A DNA stretch of 64,000 bases from Patescibacteria group bacterium (GTDB lineage Bacteria > Patescibacteriota > Minisyncoccia > 2-02-FULL-40-12 > GWA2-44-9): the NCBI GenBank assembly GCA_038064515.1, contig JBBTSY010000004.1, positions 32,585 through 96,584 on the forward strand. Direction: 5' to 3'. The translations under genes were made by a program, and so were the position numbers. Below, piece after piece: positions 9,214 to 19,310 of the stretch (its first letter is position 1; each line of letters begins with the position of its first letter). The notes beneath the pieces are model-generated. The model had not been told where the DNA came from. It was given only the letters and a program-made list of their open reading frames with translations, and did no database searches.

Positions 9214-10293
9214 TCAACGATTCAGCCACGCAGAGTCGTACCATTGCTTAGCAATAGCTCCTAATGTTACGAGGAAAAATACGAAACCTACGATCCAGCC
9301 TGCAAATGGCACGAGATATACGACGAACAGCGCGATAGTGCCTAAGATTGCCGTTTTCCAATTAACCGGAGCCGGATCACGCTTCATACCAACCTTCGCC
9401 AGCCAACTGCCAAACAGAATACCGGAGCCGACAGCCGACAATATCATCCACGCAATATAGCCAAACAAGGCGAGTATCGCGATAGGAATGCCGACAGCGG
9501 TAAAACCCACTAGAATGATTGCGACCGGAACCGCGATCATAACGAGAAATCCACGCAAAAGGCTTGGCCAGAAGTTGTTGATCCCCTGATGGACGACACG
9601 CGGCGCTTTCGTTTTGAAGATGAGCACCAAAAGAATCGCGGTAACGATAGCTAACAACAGCTTCGCAAAGAATGAGAATACGATGAGTGGACCAAAGGAT
9701 TGTCGTCGATCAAATCGCTGGATCTGATTGAAGGTGGTCGTCCCCGTAATACGCGCCCCTGAAGCGATGGTGGCCTCTTTCTTTGATTTGTATGACAGGT
9801 TTCCGGCAACTACGGCAGTATCGCCAAGTGTAACTTGGCCAGAAGTGATATTTACGTTTCCATCCACGCGGCCATCAACAATGACTTGCCCGCCGGCCAC
9901 CACCAGGTCACCGCTCACTACAGAGCCGGATGTTAGATGGACCTGTCCGCCAGCGACAAATAGATCATCAGCGATGGTACCATCTATTGAAACATTACCG
10001 CCGGCAACACGAGCGTCATCGCCTACCGATCCACCAAGGTTGATCGTCCCGCCGGCGAGAATTGCATCCTCTGCAACATCACCAGTCACGGAGAGATTGC
10101 CTCCGACAGCTATCAGATCACCTGAAACCACACCGGAAACGGTAATCGTCCCCGACGCAACATACAAATCGTCTGCCATCGTTTGTCCTCTGGCTAACGA
10201 GTAACTGTCGCCCGCTTTAAACGTAGCCGCCGTCGCAACTACCGGCCACACCAACAACACTGAAACTAAAACCAAACTAATGAGTTTTTTCAT
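9214..10293 (-). CDS. Membrane protein with bactofilin-like beta-helix repeats
   Basis: Signal peptide, repeated (V/I)xGD(L/A)xxAGGx units, C-terminal TM bundle. Confidence 0.75.
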   Translation of the reverse strand: MKKLISLVLVSVLLVWPVVATAATFKAGDSYSLARGQTMADDLYVASGTITVSGVVSGDLIAVGGNLSVTGDVAEDAILAGGTINLGGSVGDDARVAGGNVSIDGTIADDLFVAGGQVHLTSGSVVSGDLVVAGGQVIVDGRVDGNVNITSGQVTLGDTAVVAGNLSYKSKKEATIASGARITGTTTFNQIQRFDRRQSFGPLIVFSFFAKLLLAIVTAILLVLIFKTKAPRVVHQGINNFWPSLLRGFLVMIAVPVAIILVGFTAVGIPIAILALFGYIAWMILSAVGSGILFGSWLAKVGMKRDPAPVNWKTAILGTIALFVVYLVPFAGWIVGFVFFLVTLGAIAKQWYDSAWLNR

Positions 10294-10336
10294 ATATGCT
10301 AATAATATTATTTTTTAAAACTGCTTACAAGTCTGA

Positions 10337-10362
10337 CAAAAAACCGCCTCACGGCGGTTTTT
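10337..10362. terminator. Bidirectional terminator-like hairpin
   Basis: aaaaaaccgcc-tcac-ggcggttttt. Confidence 0.65.
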
Positions 10363-10368
10363 AGAGAA

Positions 10369-10722
10369 CTATTCGTAGCGCAGGGCACGGATCGGATCGA
10401 GGCGGCTGGCTTTGAGAGATGGGAGCGCGCCGGCAATAAGTGCCAACGCGATGCCACCAGCAAGGATGCCCAGGAACGGCAAGATAGGAAAGGCGAGCAG
10501 TTGAAAGCCGACGAAGTCTTTCAGGAAGGTGTTCGTGGCAACACGATTACCTATCAAGCCAATGATGATACTAGAACCAATGCCGAGAGCTGAACCCCAG
10601 AAGCCGATACTCGCCGCTTCCAGAGAAAAAATAGTAAAAATCGTGCGGCGGTTGGCGCCGAGCGCTTTCATGAGTCCGATCTCCGAAGTTCGTTCGTTAA
10701 CTGCGTTTCTACTCATTGTCAA
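10369..10722 (-). pseudogene. C-terminal fragment of a MacB/FtsX-type ABC permease
   Basis: ERTSEIGLMKALGA...KASRLDPIRALRYE; N-terminal part and ATPase partner absent. Confidence 0.75.
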
Positions 10723-10760
10723 TGCTGGAAAATATCCTCAACAACCCTTAGAATACCCTT

Positions 10761-11426
10761 GTGATGAAAAAGGCTTTCGTAGTAATCGTAATAGTTATTC
10801 TTACCGCGTTATTTTTCTGGTTTTTCGCCAAGAAGAGCGTAGCGCCAGAGCCACTAGAAACAGGCAAAAACTTTAGCCCGAGTCCGTCGGTAGGCGCGAT
10901 AACTAATGGTAATAAAGCTACCTGGGTTGCGCCCATTAGTAATGTCCGTGAGCGCATCACCAAAAAACCATTCGGTATTTTCGTGTCTCCTGCCGATTCA
11001 CCAGTCAGTCGGAAAAATTTACCGGTTATCATACCGGCGTTGATTTTGAAATATTTCCCGGTGAAGAAAATTCCTCTGTACCCGTGTATGCACTTTGTAG
11101 CGGCCCTTTACTTGAGAAAATTACGGCAAGCGGATATGGCGGCGTCGCTGTTCAAGAATACGAACTAAACAATCAACCGGTTACCGTAGTATACGGGCAC
11201 GTAAAACTTTCGAGCATTTCCATAAAATCCGGTCAGCAACTTAAAGCGGGCGACAAACTTGCCGTTTTGGGCGAGGGATTTAGCGCAGAAACCGGAGGAG
11301 AGCGAAAGCATTTACACATCGGCATACATAAAGGCGCTGGAAGGCGCTGGCGTGGATCTACGGGGATATGTGCAAAACCCTGACACATTAACCGGCTGGA
11401 TAAACTTTGCCGACTATATACAATAG
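10761..11426 (+). pseudogene. M23 family metallopeptidase, two frameshifts
   Basis: KPFGIFVSP..., then GYHTGVDFE, YGHV and HLHIGI in another frame; 1-nt loss near 11011 and 10-bp tandem duplication at 11331-11350. Confidence 0.8.
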
Positions 11427-11429
11427 CGT

Positions 11430-11891
11430 ATGAAATGGAAGCATCCGCCAGTTATTAAAATTTACGAAGCTTTAGGCTCGGTTGCTGACGGCCGGGTAGA
11501 AGTTTCCGGCAATACCGCTAAAGTTTTTTCATCGAGCGGTAATAAATTCTACACTATTTCTTATGATCCGAAAAAACGAGCCATTATGGCCAATGATAAT
11601 GGCTCATATTGGAAGGGCTATCTCGGGTATCCATCTATTGCTTTTCTTCTTAAGATTGGCTTGCTTGAATTCCGTCCGGATTTAGCAAGTCTTCTGAAAG
11701 GAATCCGATGGAAAGACATAAATCAAAAATTTAAGAATGATTTTGGTAAGACGCTAGCATATATTGAGACATTTTTAGATACAGAATATAAGAAGAGTCT
11801 CGCGGATTATGTAAAAATTGTTGATAAGAAAATCAGCGCACTTAATCTTGGCCTACTTGGCACCAAAACTACTCCCCCAGGAGGTTACTAA
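11430..11891 (+). CDS. Hypothetical protein
   Basis: 153 aa clean ORF; stop 1 nt before the murB start. Confidence 0.75.
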   Translation: MKWKHPPVIKIYEALGSVADGRVEVSGNTAKVFSSSGNKFYTISYDPKKRAIMANDNGSYWKGYLGYPSIAFLLKIGLLEFRPDLASLLKGIRWKDINQKFKNDFGKTLAYIETFLDTEYKKSLADYVKIVDKKISALNLGLLGTKTTPPGGY

Positions 11892-11892
11892 T

Positions 11893-12924
11893 ATGAAAAT
11901 CGGGGAAAATATATTTTTAGCCCCCTACACCACGTTTAAGATTGGCGGAAAGGCTAAATTTTTTATCGAAGCAAAGCACATAGACGACGTAAAGGATGGA
12001 ATTAAATTCGCGGAACAAAAAGGCCTGCCCTTTTTTATTTTAGGTGGCGGAAGTAATATTTTAATCTCCGACAAAGGTTTTTGCGGTCTTGTCATTCGGG
12101 TCAGTATCCGGGGAATTCAACGTGACAAAAATATTCTTCAGATTGGCGCCGGCCACAACTGGGATAATGTTGTCGCATATGCTGTCCGCGAGAATCTCTC
12201 GGGCATTGAGAACCTCTCACTTATTCCTGGGACTATAGGAGGAGCTGTGTTCCAGAATATCGGAGCATACGGCGCCGAACTGTCGGATGTTATCACGTCC
12301 GTTGTTGCGTTAAATACGACAACTGGAAAAATAGAGAAGCTTTCACATAAAGAGTGCCGTTTCGGATATCGCAAGAGTATTTTCCAGGAGCATTCCGGCG
12401 AGCTGGTCATTCTAAAGGCGATAATAAGACTGTCTCCAAAATTTAAACCCAATCTTTCATATCATGATATTAAAGAATATTTCCACAATCGGGCCGTTAC
12501 TCTTAGCACGATAAGGAAAGCTGTCATCAGTATTCGTCGAGCGAAATTGCCGTATCCCGACACAATAGCCAATGCGGGATCATTTTTTAAAAATCCGATT
12601 ATTTCCAATGCCCGAGGCATAACGCTGATAAAAAAGCATCCTGAATTGAAACAAAAGAAGGCGAAAGGCGGCATCAAACTTTCCGCCGGGCAACTCATCG
12701 AACTTACAAAATGGAAGGGCCGGCGTATAGACAATGTCGGGGTATCCGATAAACACTCACTGGTATTGGTAAATTATAATAATGGTACGGCTGAAGAAAT
12801 TGTAAACCTTGCCCGCAAGATTCAGAATAGCGTACTTAGGCGATTTAGTGTTCGCCTCGAACCGGAAGTCGTAATCCTAAATTACAAACCTAGCCGGATA
12901 GCCACTGGAACTGTTATTTTTTAG
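11893..12924 (+). CDS. murB: UDP-N-acetylenolpyruvoylglucosamine reductase
   Basis: TTFKIGG, GGGSN, IPGTIGGA, NIGAYG, NAGSFFKNP, LEPEV. Confidence 0.96.
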   Translation: MKIGENIFLAPYTTFKIGGKAKFFIEAKHIDDVKDGIKFAEQKGLPFFILGGGSNILISDKGFCGLVIRVSIRGIQRDKNILQIGAGHNWDNVVAYAVRENLSGIENLSLIPGTIGGAVFQNIGAYGAELSDVITSVVALNTTTGKIEKLSHKECRFGYRKSIFQEHSGELVILKAIIRLSPKFKPNLSYHDIKEYFHNRAVTLSTIRKAVISIRRAKLPYPDTIANAGSFFKNPIISNARGITLIKKHPELKQKKAKGGIKLSAGQLIELTKWKGRRIDNVGVSDKHSLVLVNYNNGTAEEIVNLARKIQNSVLRRFSVRLEPEVVILNYKPSRIATGTVIF

Positions 12925-12963
12925 TATATTAGTATACAATGAGTTCGAGTATCAATTAAAACT

Positions 12964-13410
12964 ATGTTCATGGATAAATTCATTGAGCAGTTGGATCTGT
13001 ATTTTGGTAAGAAGGCGCCTCAATTACCAAGGGGCATTAAGGAGTTCCTCGTCAAAATCGCACCATACTTAGCAATAATTAGTGTCGCTCTCTTTGCTAT
13101 TAGTATCTTTCCCCTTCTCACTGCCGGTTTCGGCTCTCTAGGCGCGGTTGGATATTACGGCGCTGGATTCTCGAGAACAGGCTTATTTGTCCACTTGATA
13201 GTGTCGGTTATTGTTTCGGTAATCTACCTTATGGCCATTCCGGGGCTCTTCAAAAGATCAATTCGCTCCTGGAACCTCATCTTCTATGCAACACTTATTA
13301 CCGCCATTGGTAGTTTACTTACTTTCAGTATTGCCAGTCTTATCCTCGGTCTACTCATCGGATTCTATGTGTTGTTTCAGGTTCGAACATACTATACGGG
13401 ACAACACTAA
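12964..13410 (+). CDS. Hypothetical membrane protein
   Basis: 148 aa, about 4 TM helices. Confidence 0.75.
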   Translation: MFMDKFIEQLDLYFGKKAPQLPRGIKEFLVKIAPYLAIISVALFAISIFPLLTAGFGSLGAVGYYGAGFSRTGLFVHLIVSVIVSVIYLMAIPGLFKRSIRSWNLIFYATLITAIGSLLTFSIASLILGLLIGFYVLFQVRTYYTGQH

Positions 13411-14324
13411 AGTCCCCAGACTAAAACATGCGTGAGGTCTAGCAGATTAAAATATTTTTGATAAGCTGTGAACAGTTTATCATCCTTTTCCCCAAGAGTA
13501 TGGCCTTTAGCTCTCGAATAGATATCTAAAAAATTAGTCTCTTTAAGAGAAGAGCAAAGCCTTGCCACATCCCAAAGGTAGTTTCTAAACCCGACACTTC
13601 CAAAGTCAAGAAATGCAATTCTCTTGTCCGCCGTAAGGATAAAATTTGACGGGTTAAAATCACCGTGACTAAGAACTTTGCTAAGGCCGATTTCTGGTTC
13701 CGCAATTTGATCTAATTCTTTACATACTTCTATAAATTGACTGTGTATAAATTGAGAGCGAGGGTGCTGCTGTTTTTCTAAAATACTAATATTCTTATTC
13801 AAATCCGCAAAATTAGCCCTCGCTTCATATTCAAAACTGGGCAGGATTTTAATTTTTTGAAACTCAATCAGGCTAAGCGCCAAAGGTTCGGCAATGTTAT
13901 CAGGCAGTCCATTCTCCTGCTTAATAATTTGTCCCAACGTTTCACCTTCAACATATTCTCGAAGATATAAGCCGTGCGATTGAATAAATACATATGATTT
14001 CGGTATTTTTAAAAACCGGGCTGGATTTTTTGAAAGTTCGGTCGTAATAGATTTTCCAATTTCGTAATCTCTCTTCTTTTTAAGCGTAGGGTGAGCTGAA
14101 GCAAAAATCTTTTTGACAGTGATATCGCCATCAAAAGTCTTGATCTTTAGTTTATAAACGGCGACAAGACTAAAACTTTCAGAATCAAGATAAGTCTTTA
14201 TTGGCTTTATTCTCACTTCTAAAATCTCACCGAGATCTCCGATAGTTTTGATGTAGCCCTGCAGTATTTTTCTTACTTTAGTGCCATTAAGGAGCCCATT
14301 GAGCTTATCTTCATTAATATTCAT
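13407..14324 (-). CDS. Aminoglycoside phosphotransferase/choline kinase-like protein
   Basis: REYVEG, HGDFNPSN, LDFG. Confidence 0.85.
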   Translation of the reverse strand: MNINEDKLNGLLNGTKVRKILQGYIKTIGDLGEILEVRIKPIKTYLDSESFSLVAVYKLKIKTFDGDITVKKIFASAHPTLKKKRDYEIGKSITTELSKNPARFLKIPKSYVFIQSHGLYLREYVEGETLGQIIKQENGLPDNIAEPLALSLIEFQKIKILPSFEYEARANFADLNKNISILEKQQHPRSQFIHSQFIEVCKELDQIAEPEIGLSKVLSHGDFNPSNFILTADKRIAFLDFGSVGFRNYLWDVARLCSSLKETNFLDIYSRAKGHTLGEKDDKLFTAYQKYFNLLDLTHVLVWGL

Positions 14325-14336
14325 TAAAAAAGTCAA

Positions 14337-15827
14337 TTATCCTCTTTGTTCAGGCTGGCCGCCGCGAATTTCCCGATACTTTTGTTTATATTTTCCAATT
14401 ATTTCCTCGACTTCATAGTTCGGAATCTCTAGGCGTAAAAGGTCAATTGCATGCAAAGTGTCATAAATATCGGATTTATTCTCTATTTTCCAGACCGCAT
14501 CCCGCCATAAAATAGCTTTTTCATATTCACTCCTGTTTGCTGCTTCTTTTTCCAAACGTTTAAGCATATCGATAAAAGCATGATATTTTATTGCTTCTTC
14601 TCCCCCCTGCTCGAGGGTTCTTTCTTTAAAAGGTATGCGGTTTATGTTTTCTCTGGCATGAAGTATGTTGTAGATTTTCCCGCTCTCCTTCCATTGGAAA
14701 GCAGTAGAAATAATCTTTTCATACAAAAACGACGCTTTTTCCGTTGTATCATGGCTGATTCCGGGAATATTTTTTATAACCGAATGACACAATACGGCTC
14801 CGCGCACAATCTCCTCTAGGCTCCACCATGGTTTTCCCGATGCCCACCAAAACTGGTCGCTTGATAGAGCTTTGTCCAATGTCTTGCGTATTTCTTGATA
14901 ACCGGGATGCTCCTTGTCCATGGCATACACGCTACTTACGGCAAGGTCGACAAGATCCCGCTGCCAATGATGAATCTCGTTTTCGGGATCGTCCCAAGAT
15001 AAAAATTGAATACCTTTTTTAATATCTTCTTCGCTTGATGCCCAAGTTGATTTTACGGGCCTAACTTCCTGCGTATCAGGATACAAATCAAGCAAATCTG
15101 AAACTTTGACTAAATCAAGTTCCGGTGTTTGAAAAAACTCAAACAACATCTTATCAAGTCCAGGTCGATGATGACCGAAGGTTTCACCATCCATGCCGGT
15201 AAGCAAGTAGTGATTTTTTTTCAAATCGTCCCTAAAAACTTCTTTGAAAGACTCAAAGGATCGTACCGCTGCGCTCATAATTAAGTTACTTGGGCCTCTT
15301 TCCCTAAAGAATACCGAGAGATCGGTTCCTTTAATTTTATATGTCTTATTATAATCAACCTGACCAGTTTTACCGTTGTAAGCGATTTCATCTATAATAA
15401 TCCACTTGTAGCCAAACTGCTGAACTATGGGAACTATTTTTTCATCATAGGCCATTTCTGGAGGGAAAAATCCCTCCGGCCGATAGTGGTTATCTATATA
15501 AAATTTAAGGGTGGATTCATTTTCTTCAATCTGCCTTATTATTTCTTGCTCGGATAGAAATGGAAGGAGAGCGTGGTATTTAGCCGAACCGGTGAGTTCA
15601 AGTCGGCCTCCTTTTACAAGATCACGTATTATCTCAATTAAATCCCAGTATCCATGAGCATCAAACATTTCCAAAAGCACACCACTTATATTCATTGTTA
15701 GTCTGGTCCTTTGATTTTTTTTGACACCTTCTAAAATAGGACGATAACTCTGGACTACTACAGCCTCAAGAATATCCGGCTGTTGTCCAGCCGGCTGGTA
15801 TATATGTAGAAAATTAGCCCACTTCAT
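14337..15827 (-). CDS. Glycoside hydrolase family 57
   Basis: HIYQP, ELTGSAKYHALLP, FPPEMA, DGETFGHH, SSDQFWW. Confidence 0.92.
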   Translation of the reverse strand: MKWANFLHIYQPAGQQPDILEAVVVQSYRPILEGVKKNQRTRLTMNISGVLLEMFDAHGYWDLIEIIRDLVKGGRLELTGSAKYHALLPFLSEQEIIRQIEENESTLKFYIDNHYRPEGFFPPEMAYDEKIVPIVQQFGYKWIIIDEIAYNGKTGQVDYNKTYKIKGTDLSVFFRERGPSNLIMSAAVRSFESFKEVFRDDLKKNHYLLTGMDGETFGHHRPGLDKMLFEFFQTPELDLVKVSDLLDLYPDTQEVRPVKSTWASSEEDIKKGIQFLSWDDPENEIHHWQRDLVDLAVSSVYAMDKEHPGYQEIRKTLDKALSSDQFWWASGKPWWSLEEIVRGAVLCHSVIKNIPGISHDTTEKASFLYEKIISTAFQWKESGKIYNILHARENINRIPFKERTLEQGGEEAIKYHAFIDMLKRLEKEAANRSEYEKAILWRDAVWKIENKSDIYDTLHAIDLLRLEIPNYEVEEIIGKYKQKYREIRGGQPEQRG

Positions 15828-17319
15828 CTATTTTTTCTTTATGGAATCTCAGCGCCATTTCAAAAAGTTTCATATATTCGGCAGCGGATTTCTTCCAAGA
15901 AAAATCTTGAGTCATAGCGCTTTTAATAATCTTGGACCAGAAATTCTTTTGGCGATAAATTTGATATGCCCTGACCATGGCAATGGTAAGAGAAAACGGA
16001 TCGAATTTTTCAAACACAAAACCAGTTCCTTTGCCTGTTTCAGGATTAAAATCCTCAACTGAATCAGCAAGACCGCCCACCTTACGGACTATGGGTATGG
16101 CCCCGTAGCGCATCGCCTCCATCTGAACCAAACCGCAAGGTTCAGATTTGGAAGGCAACAGAACCACATCAGCACCACCAAGAACAAGCCTGGTCAAACG
16201 GGAATCAAATGCAAAATGTACGCCCACCCTATCCGGGTATTTTTTCTTTAAATCTTCAAAGAATAAACGATATTGAGGGTTACCTTCGCCAGTCACGATA
16301 AGTTGCAAATCTAAATTTTGCATAAATTGATCCAGCATTTGGATTAAGATATCGAAACCTTTTTGTTCGTCCATGCGAGAGACAATACCGGCAACAAATC
16401 TGTTTTCATTAACTTCAATCCCAAACTGTTTTTGAAGAACTATCTTATTTTCCTTCTTTTTCTCAATAGTCTTGGAGTTGTAATTAACATCCAAGTCTGG
16501 ATCTGTTTCTGGATTAAGGGAATCTACATCGATACCGTTTAAAATTCCAAATAAGCGGCTTTTTCTTTCATTCAGAAGTTTATCTAAATGGTTACCAAAT
16601 TCTTCAGAAAGAATTTCTTTTGAATACGTGGGCGATACTGTATTAATCACATCCGCATAAAATATGCCCCTCTTCATCCCATTTAGTTTTATTATTCTCT
16701 CATGAGGGATGGACGGTATAGGTTGCTGACCATCATCATAGTCCATTTCGCTGACAAACTGGGGATCAAACATTCCTTGATATCTAAGATTATGAATTGA
16801 AAATACTGTTGTTATGTCCTTTAAAACTGGGTCGTTTTTGTATTCAGTATGCAGATAATTTGGAATAAAACCGGCCTGCCAGTCGCAAGCCACAATTATG
16901 TCAGGTTTCCACTCTGAATGCTTTAAAAATTCAAGAACTCCTTTGGACAAAAGAACCCATCGGATAGTATCGTCTCCATAACCGTAAACATTGGCTCTTT
17001 TTTCGTAGTACTCCATATTTTCAAGGAAATAGGTAACGCCTCCGTTCTCTTCACTTTTTAGAACATTTGAAGTTAAAATACCATGTGGATCGGTTTCGGG
17101 AGTGCCTAAATTAAGACCCTTCAACTCTAAGGTCATATTATACTTTTCTGCATCAATGCTTGCATACTTAGGGACCATTACTCTTGCATCACACCCCAGA
17201 TCCCTAAGAGCTTTGGGCAAAGAATACATAATCTCGCCTAACCCGCCAACTTTCACGAACGGGGCTGCTTCAGATGCAACAAACAGAATTTTATATCCGG
17301 TAGTTTTAGGAAGATTCAT
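15814..17319 (-). CDS. glgA: Glycogen/starch synthase (GT5)
   Basis: KVGGLGE, IHNLRYQG, TVSPTY, GILNGID, EPCGLVQM, VGGLAD. Confidence 0.95.
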   Translation of the reverse strand: MNLPKTTGYKILFVASEAAPFVKVGGLGEIMYSLPKALRDLGCDARVMVPKYASIDAEKYNMTLELKGLNLGTPETDPHGILTSNVLKSEENGGVTYFLENMEYYEKRANVYGYGDDTIRWVLLSKGVLEFLKHSEWKPDIIVACDWQAGFIPNYLHTEYKNDPVLKDITTVFSIHNLRYQGMFDPQFVSEMDYDDGQQPIPSIPHERIIKLNGMKRGIFYADVINTVSPTYSKEILSEEFGNHLDKLLNERKSRLFGILNGIDVDSLNPETDPDLDVNYNSKTIEKKKENKIVLQKQFGIEVNENRFVAGIVSRMDEQKGFDILIQMLDQFMQNLDLQLIVTGEGNPQYRLFFEDLKKKYPDRVGVHFAFDSRLTRLVLGGADVVLLPSKSEPCGLVQMEAMRYGAIPIVRKVGGLADSVEDFNPETGKGTGFVFEKFDPFSLTIAMVRAYQIYRQKNFWSKIIKSAMTQDFSWKKSAAEYMKLFEMALRFHKEKIDEVG

Positions 17320-17430
17320 GTTAATTATATTAGCACCATTTAGTCTTTTAGTACATTGATTTATCCCTCTATCTTTAAAAATAAATCTAAAAGTGATATG
17401 ATAAGAACACTAACTAATTAACTTATAATT

Positions 17431-17922
17431 ATGGAACAAAACATGCCAGAAGAACGTATGGGAATTTCGAAAGTAGTCATCTTTATTGTCATTCTCCTTA
17501 TTGCGGGAATAGTATATTGGGTAGTTAATTCCAGGGAGTCCTCTTCTCCGACGCTAGGTATAAGTCCGACAACGACTCCTACCGTTACGCCGACCGTATC
17601 ACCTACCAAAAGCGGCACACCGACAATAACTCCTACAAATTAAAGCGCCATAAAGACGTTTACCGTGACTGCGAGCAATTTTACTTTTTCACTTAAGGAA
17701 ATTAAAGTAAAGAAGGGCGACAAGGTGAAGATCATCCTCCAGAATACCGGAGGCACGCATGACTGGGTAATCGATGAATTCAATGCCCGCACAGCCCGGA
17801 TTGGAAACGGCCAGACCGCCACGGCAGAATTCACCGCCGATAAGACCGGCCGGTTCGAATACTATTGTTCTGTCGATACTCATCGCGCTATGGGCATGAA
17901 GGGAACGCTCATCGTTGAATAG
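17431..17922 (+). pseudogene. Membrane-anchored cupredoxin interrupted by in-frame TAA at 17641
   Basis: TM + P/T linker ORF and cupredoxin ORF (HDW...YYCSVDTHRAMGM) lie in the same frame. Confidence 0.75.
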
Positions 17923-18004
17923 GACGTAACGCTCAAAAGACTTTTGCGGCTAGATTCTCAAAGAGGTTTCTTTTTATGTACTACGACTTGGGTGAGTGTG
18001 AGGG

Positions 18005-18033
18005 TTGACAATTTAATATTTCTGATATATAAT
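18005..18033 (+). promoter_or_regulatory. Consensus sigma70 promoter for the DEAD-box operon
   Basis: TTGACA-17 bp-TATAAT. Confidence 0.85.
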
Positions 18034-18093
18034 TAACTTCCTCAATAGATTCTCTGGTAGCCAGTAGCGCATCCGGCGTCTCTTATAGGAATC

Positions 18094-19290
18094 ATGGCAA
18101 CAAGAAATTTTAGCCGACCATCTTTCGGTCGCCGACCGAACTTCAGACGAGCTCGCCCTTCGTTTTCCCGAGGCGGTTTTAAGGGTCAAGGAATCGACAC
18201 ATCTCGCTTCGTTAATAAAGCAGTGATTACTGAACAGGTCGAGCATTTCGTGCCCGAGCACGCTTTTACTGATTTTGCCATTAACGAACGGCTCAAAGCG
18301 AACATTCTGATTAAAGGATATGGCACGCCCACGCCAATCCAGGATAAAACAATTCCCCACATCCTCCGCGGATCAGATATCGTAGGCATTGCTAATACCG
18401 GCACCGGCAAAACGGCCGCTTTCCTTATCCCCTTGCTTCATAAGGTTCTTCTGAATCCGATGGCTAATATCCTTATCGTTGTCCCCACGCGTGAGCTCGC
18501 TATCCAGATCGACAAAGAACTCCAAGACTTCGCAAAAAACTTGCGGATTTTTTCCGTCTGCTGTGTCGGAGGAGCAAGTATCGGCCGCCAGATTTCGGAG
18601 TTGCGCCGCGGAGGCAATTTCATTATTGGCACGCCTGGACGATTAAAAGACCTCATCGAGCGCCGTCACATCAATCTCTCTAAATTTAAAACAATCGTGC
18701 TGGATGAAGCTGACCGCATGCTTGATATGGGCTTTATCGCCGATATGCGCTTCCTTATGGCCGGCATGCCATCGCCTCGCCACACGCTTTTCTTCTCCGC
18801 CACCATCTCTCATGAAATTGAAGGCTTGATCCGAGAATTTCTTCGCGATCCGGTTCGTATTTCAGTAAAAACACATGATACTCCAACGAACGTAGACCAG
18901 GACGTCGTAAAAATCAGCAAAGGAGACACTAAGCTCAATGTGCTGTTCAATCTCTTATCGCAGTCGGAATTCAGCAAAGTGCTTATCTTTGGCAGAACTA
19001 AACATGGCGTTGACAAGCTCTCTCACGTCCTTGTGCAAAAAGGCTTTAAGGCAGAATGTATCCACGGCGATAAAAACCAATCTCGACGCCAGAAGGCTCT
19101 TGATCTGTTTAAGCGCGATCACGTTCAGATCTTAGTTGCCACCGATGTCGCCGCTCGCGGCCTCGATATCGCCGGCGTCAGCCACGTCATTAACTATGAC
19201 CTCCCGGCAACCTATGATGATTATGTACACCGCATCGGACGAACCGGGCGTGCAGGACAAAAGGGGAAGGCAATTACATTTATCGAGTAA
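18094..19290 (+). CDS. DEAD-box RNA helicase
   Basis: PTPIQ, GTGKT, PTRELA, TPGRL, DEAD, SAT, ARGLD, HRIGRTGR. Confidence 0.97.
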   Translation: MATRNFSRPSFGRRPNFRRARPSFSRGGFKGQGIDTSRFVNKAVITEQVEHFVPEHAFTDFAINERLKANILIKGYGTPTPIQDKTIPHILRGSDIVGIANTGTGKTAAFLIPLLHKVLLNPMANILIVVPTRELAIQIDKELQDFAKNLRIFSVCCVGGASIGRQISELRRGGNFIIGTPGRLKDLIERRHINLSKFKTIVLDEADRMLDMGFIADMRFLMAGMPSPRHTLFFSATISHEIEGLIREFLRDPVRISVKTHDTPTNVDQDVVKISKGDTKLNVLFNLLSQSEFSKVLIFGRTKHGVDKLSHVLVQKGFKAECIHGDKNQSRRQKALDLFKRDHVQILVATDVAARGLDIAGVSHVINYDLPATYDDYVHRIGRTGRAGQKGKAITFIE

Positions 19291-19310
19291 GGTATACTCT
19301 ATCTATATCT

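Noticed and set aside
17641-17643. Stop-codon reassignment or alternative genetic code
   Set aside because: A single case; TAA, TAG and TGA all end conserved genes normally here
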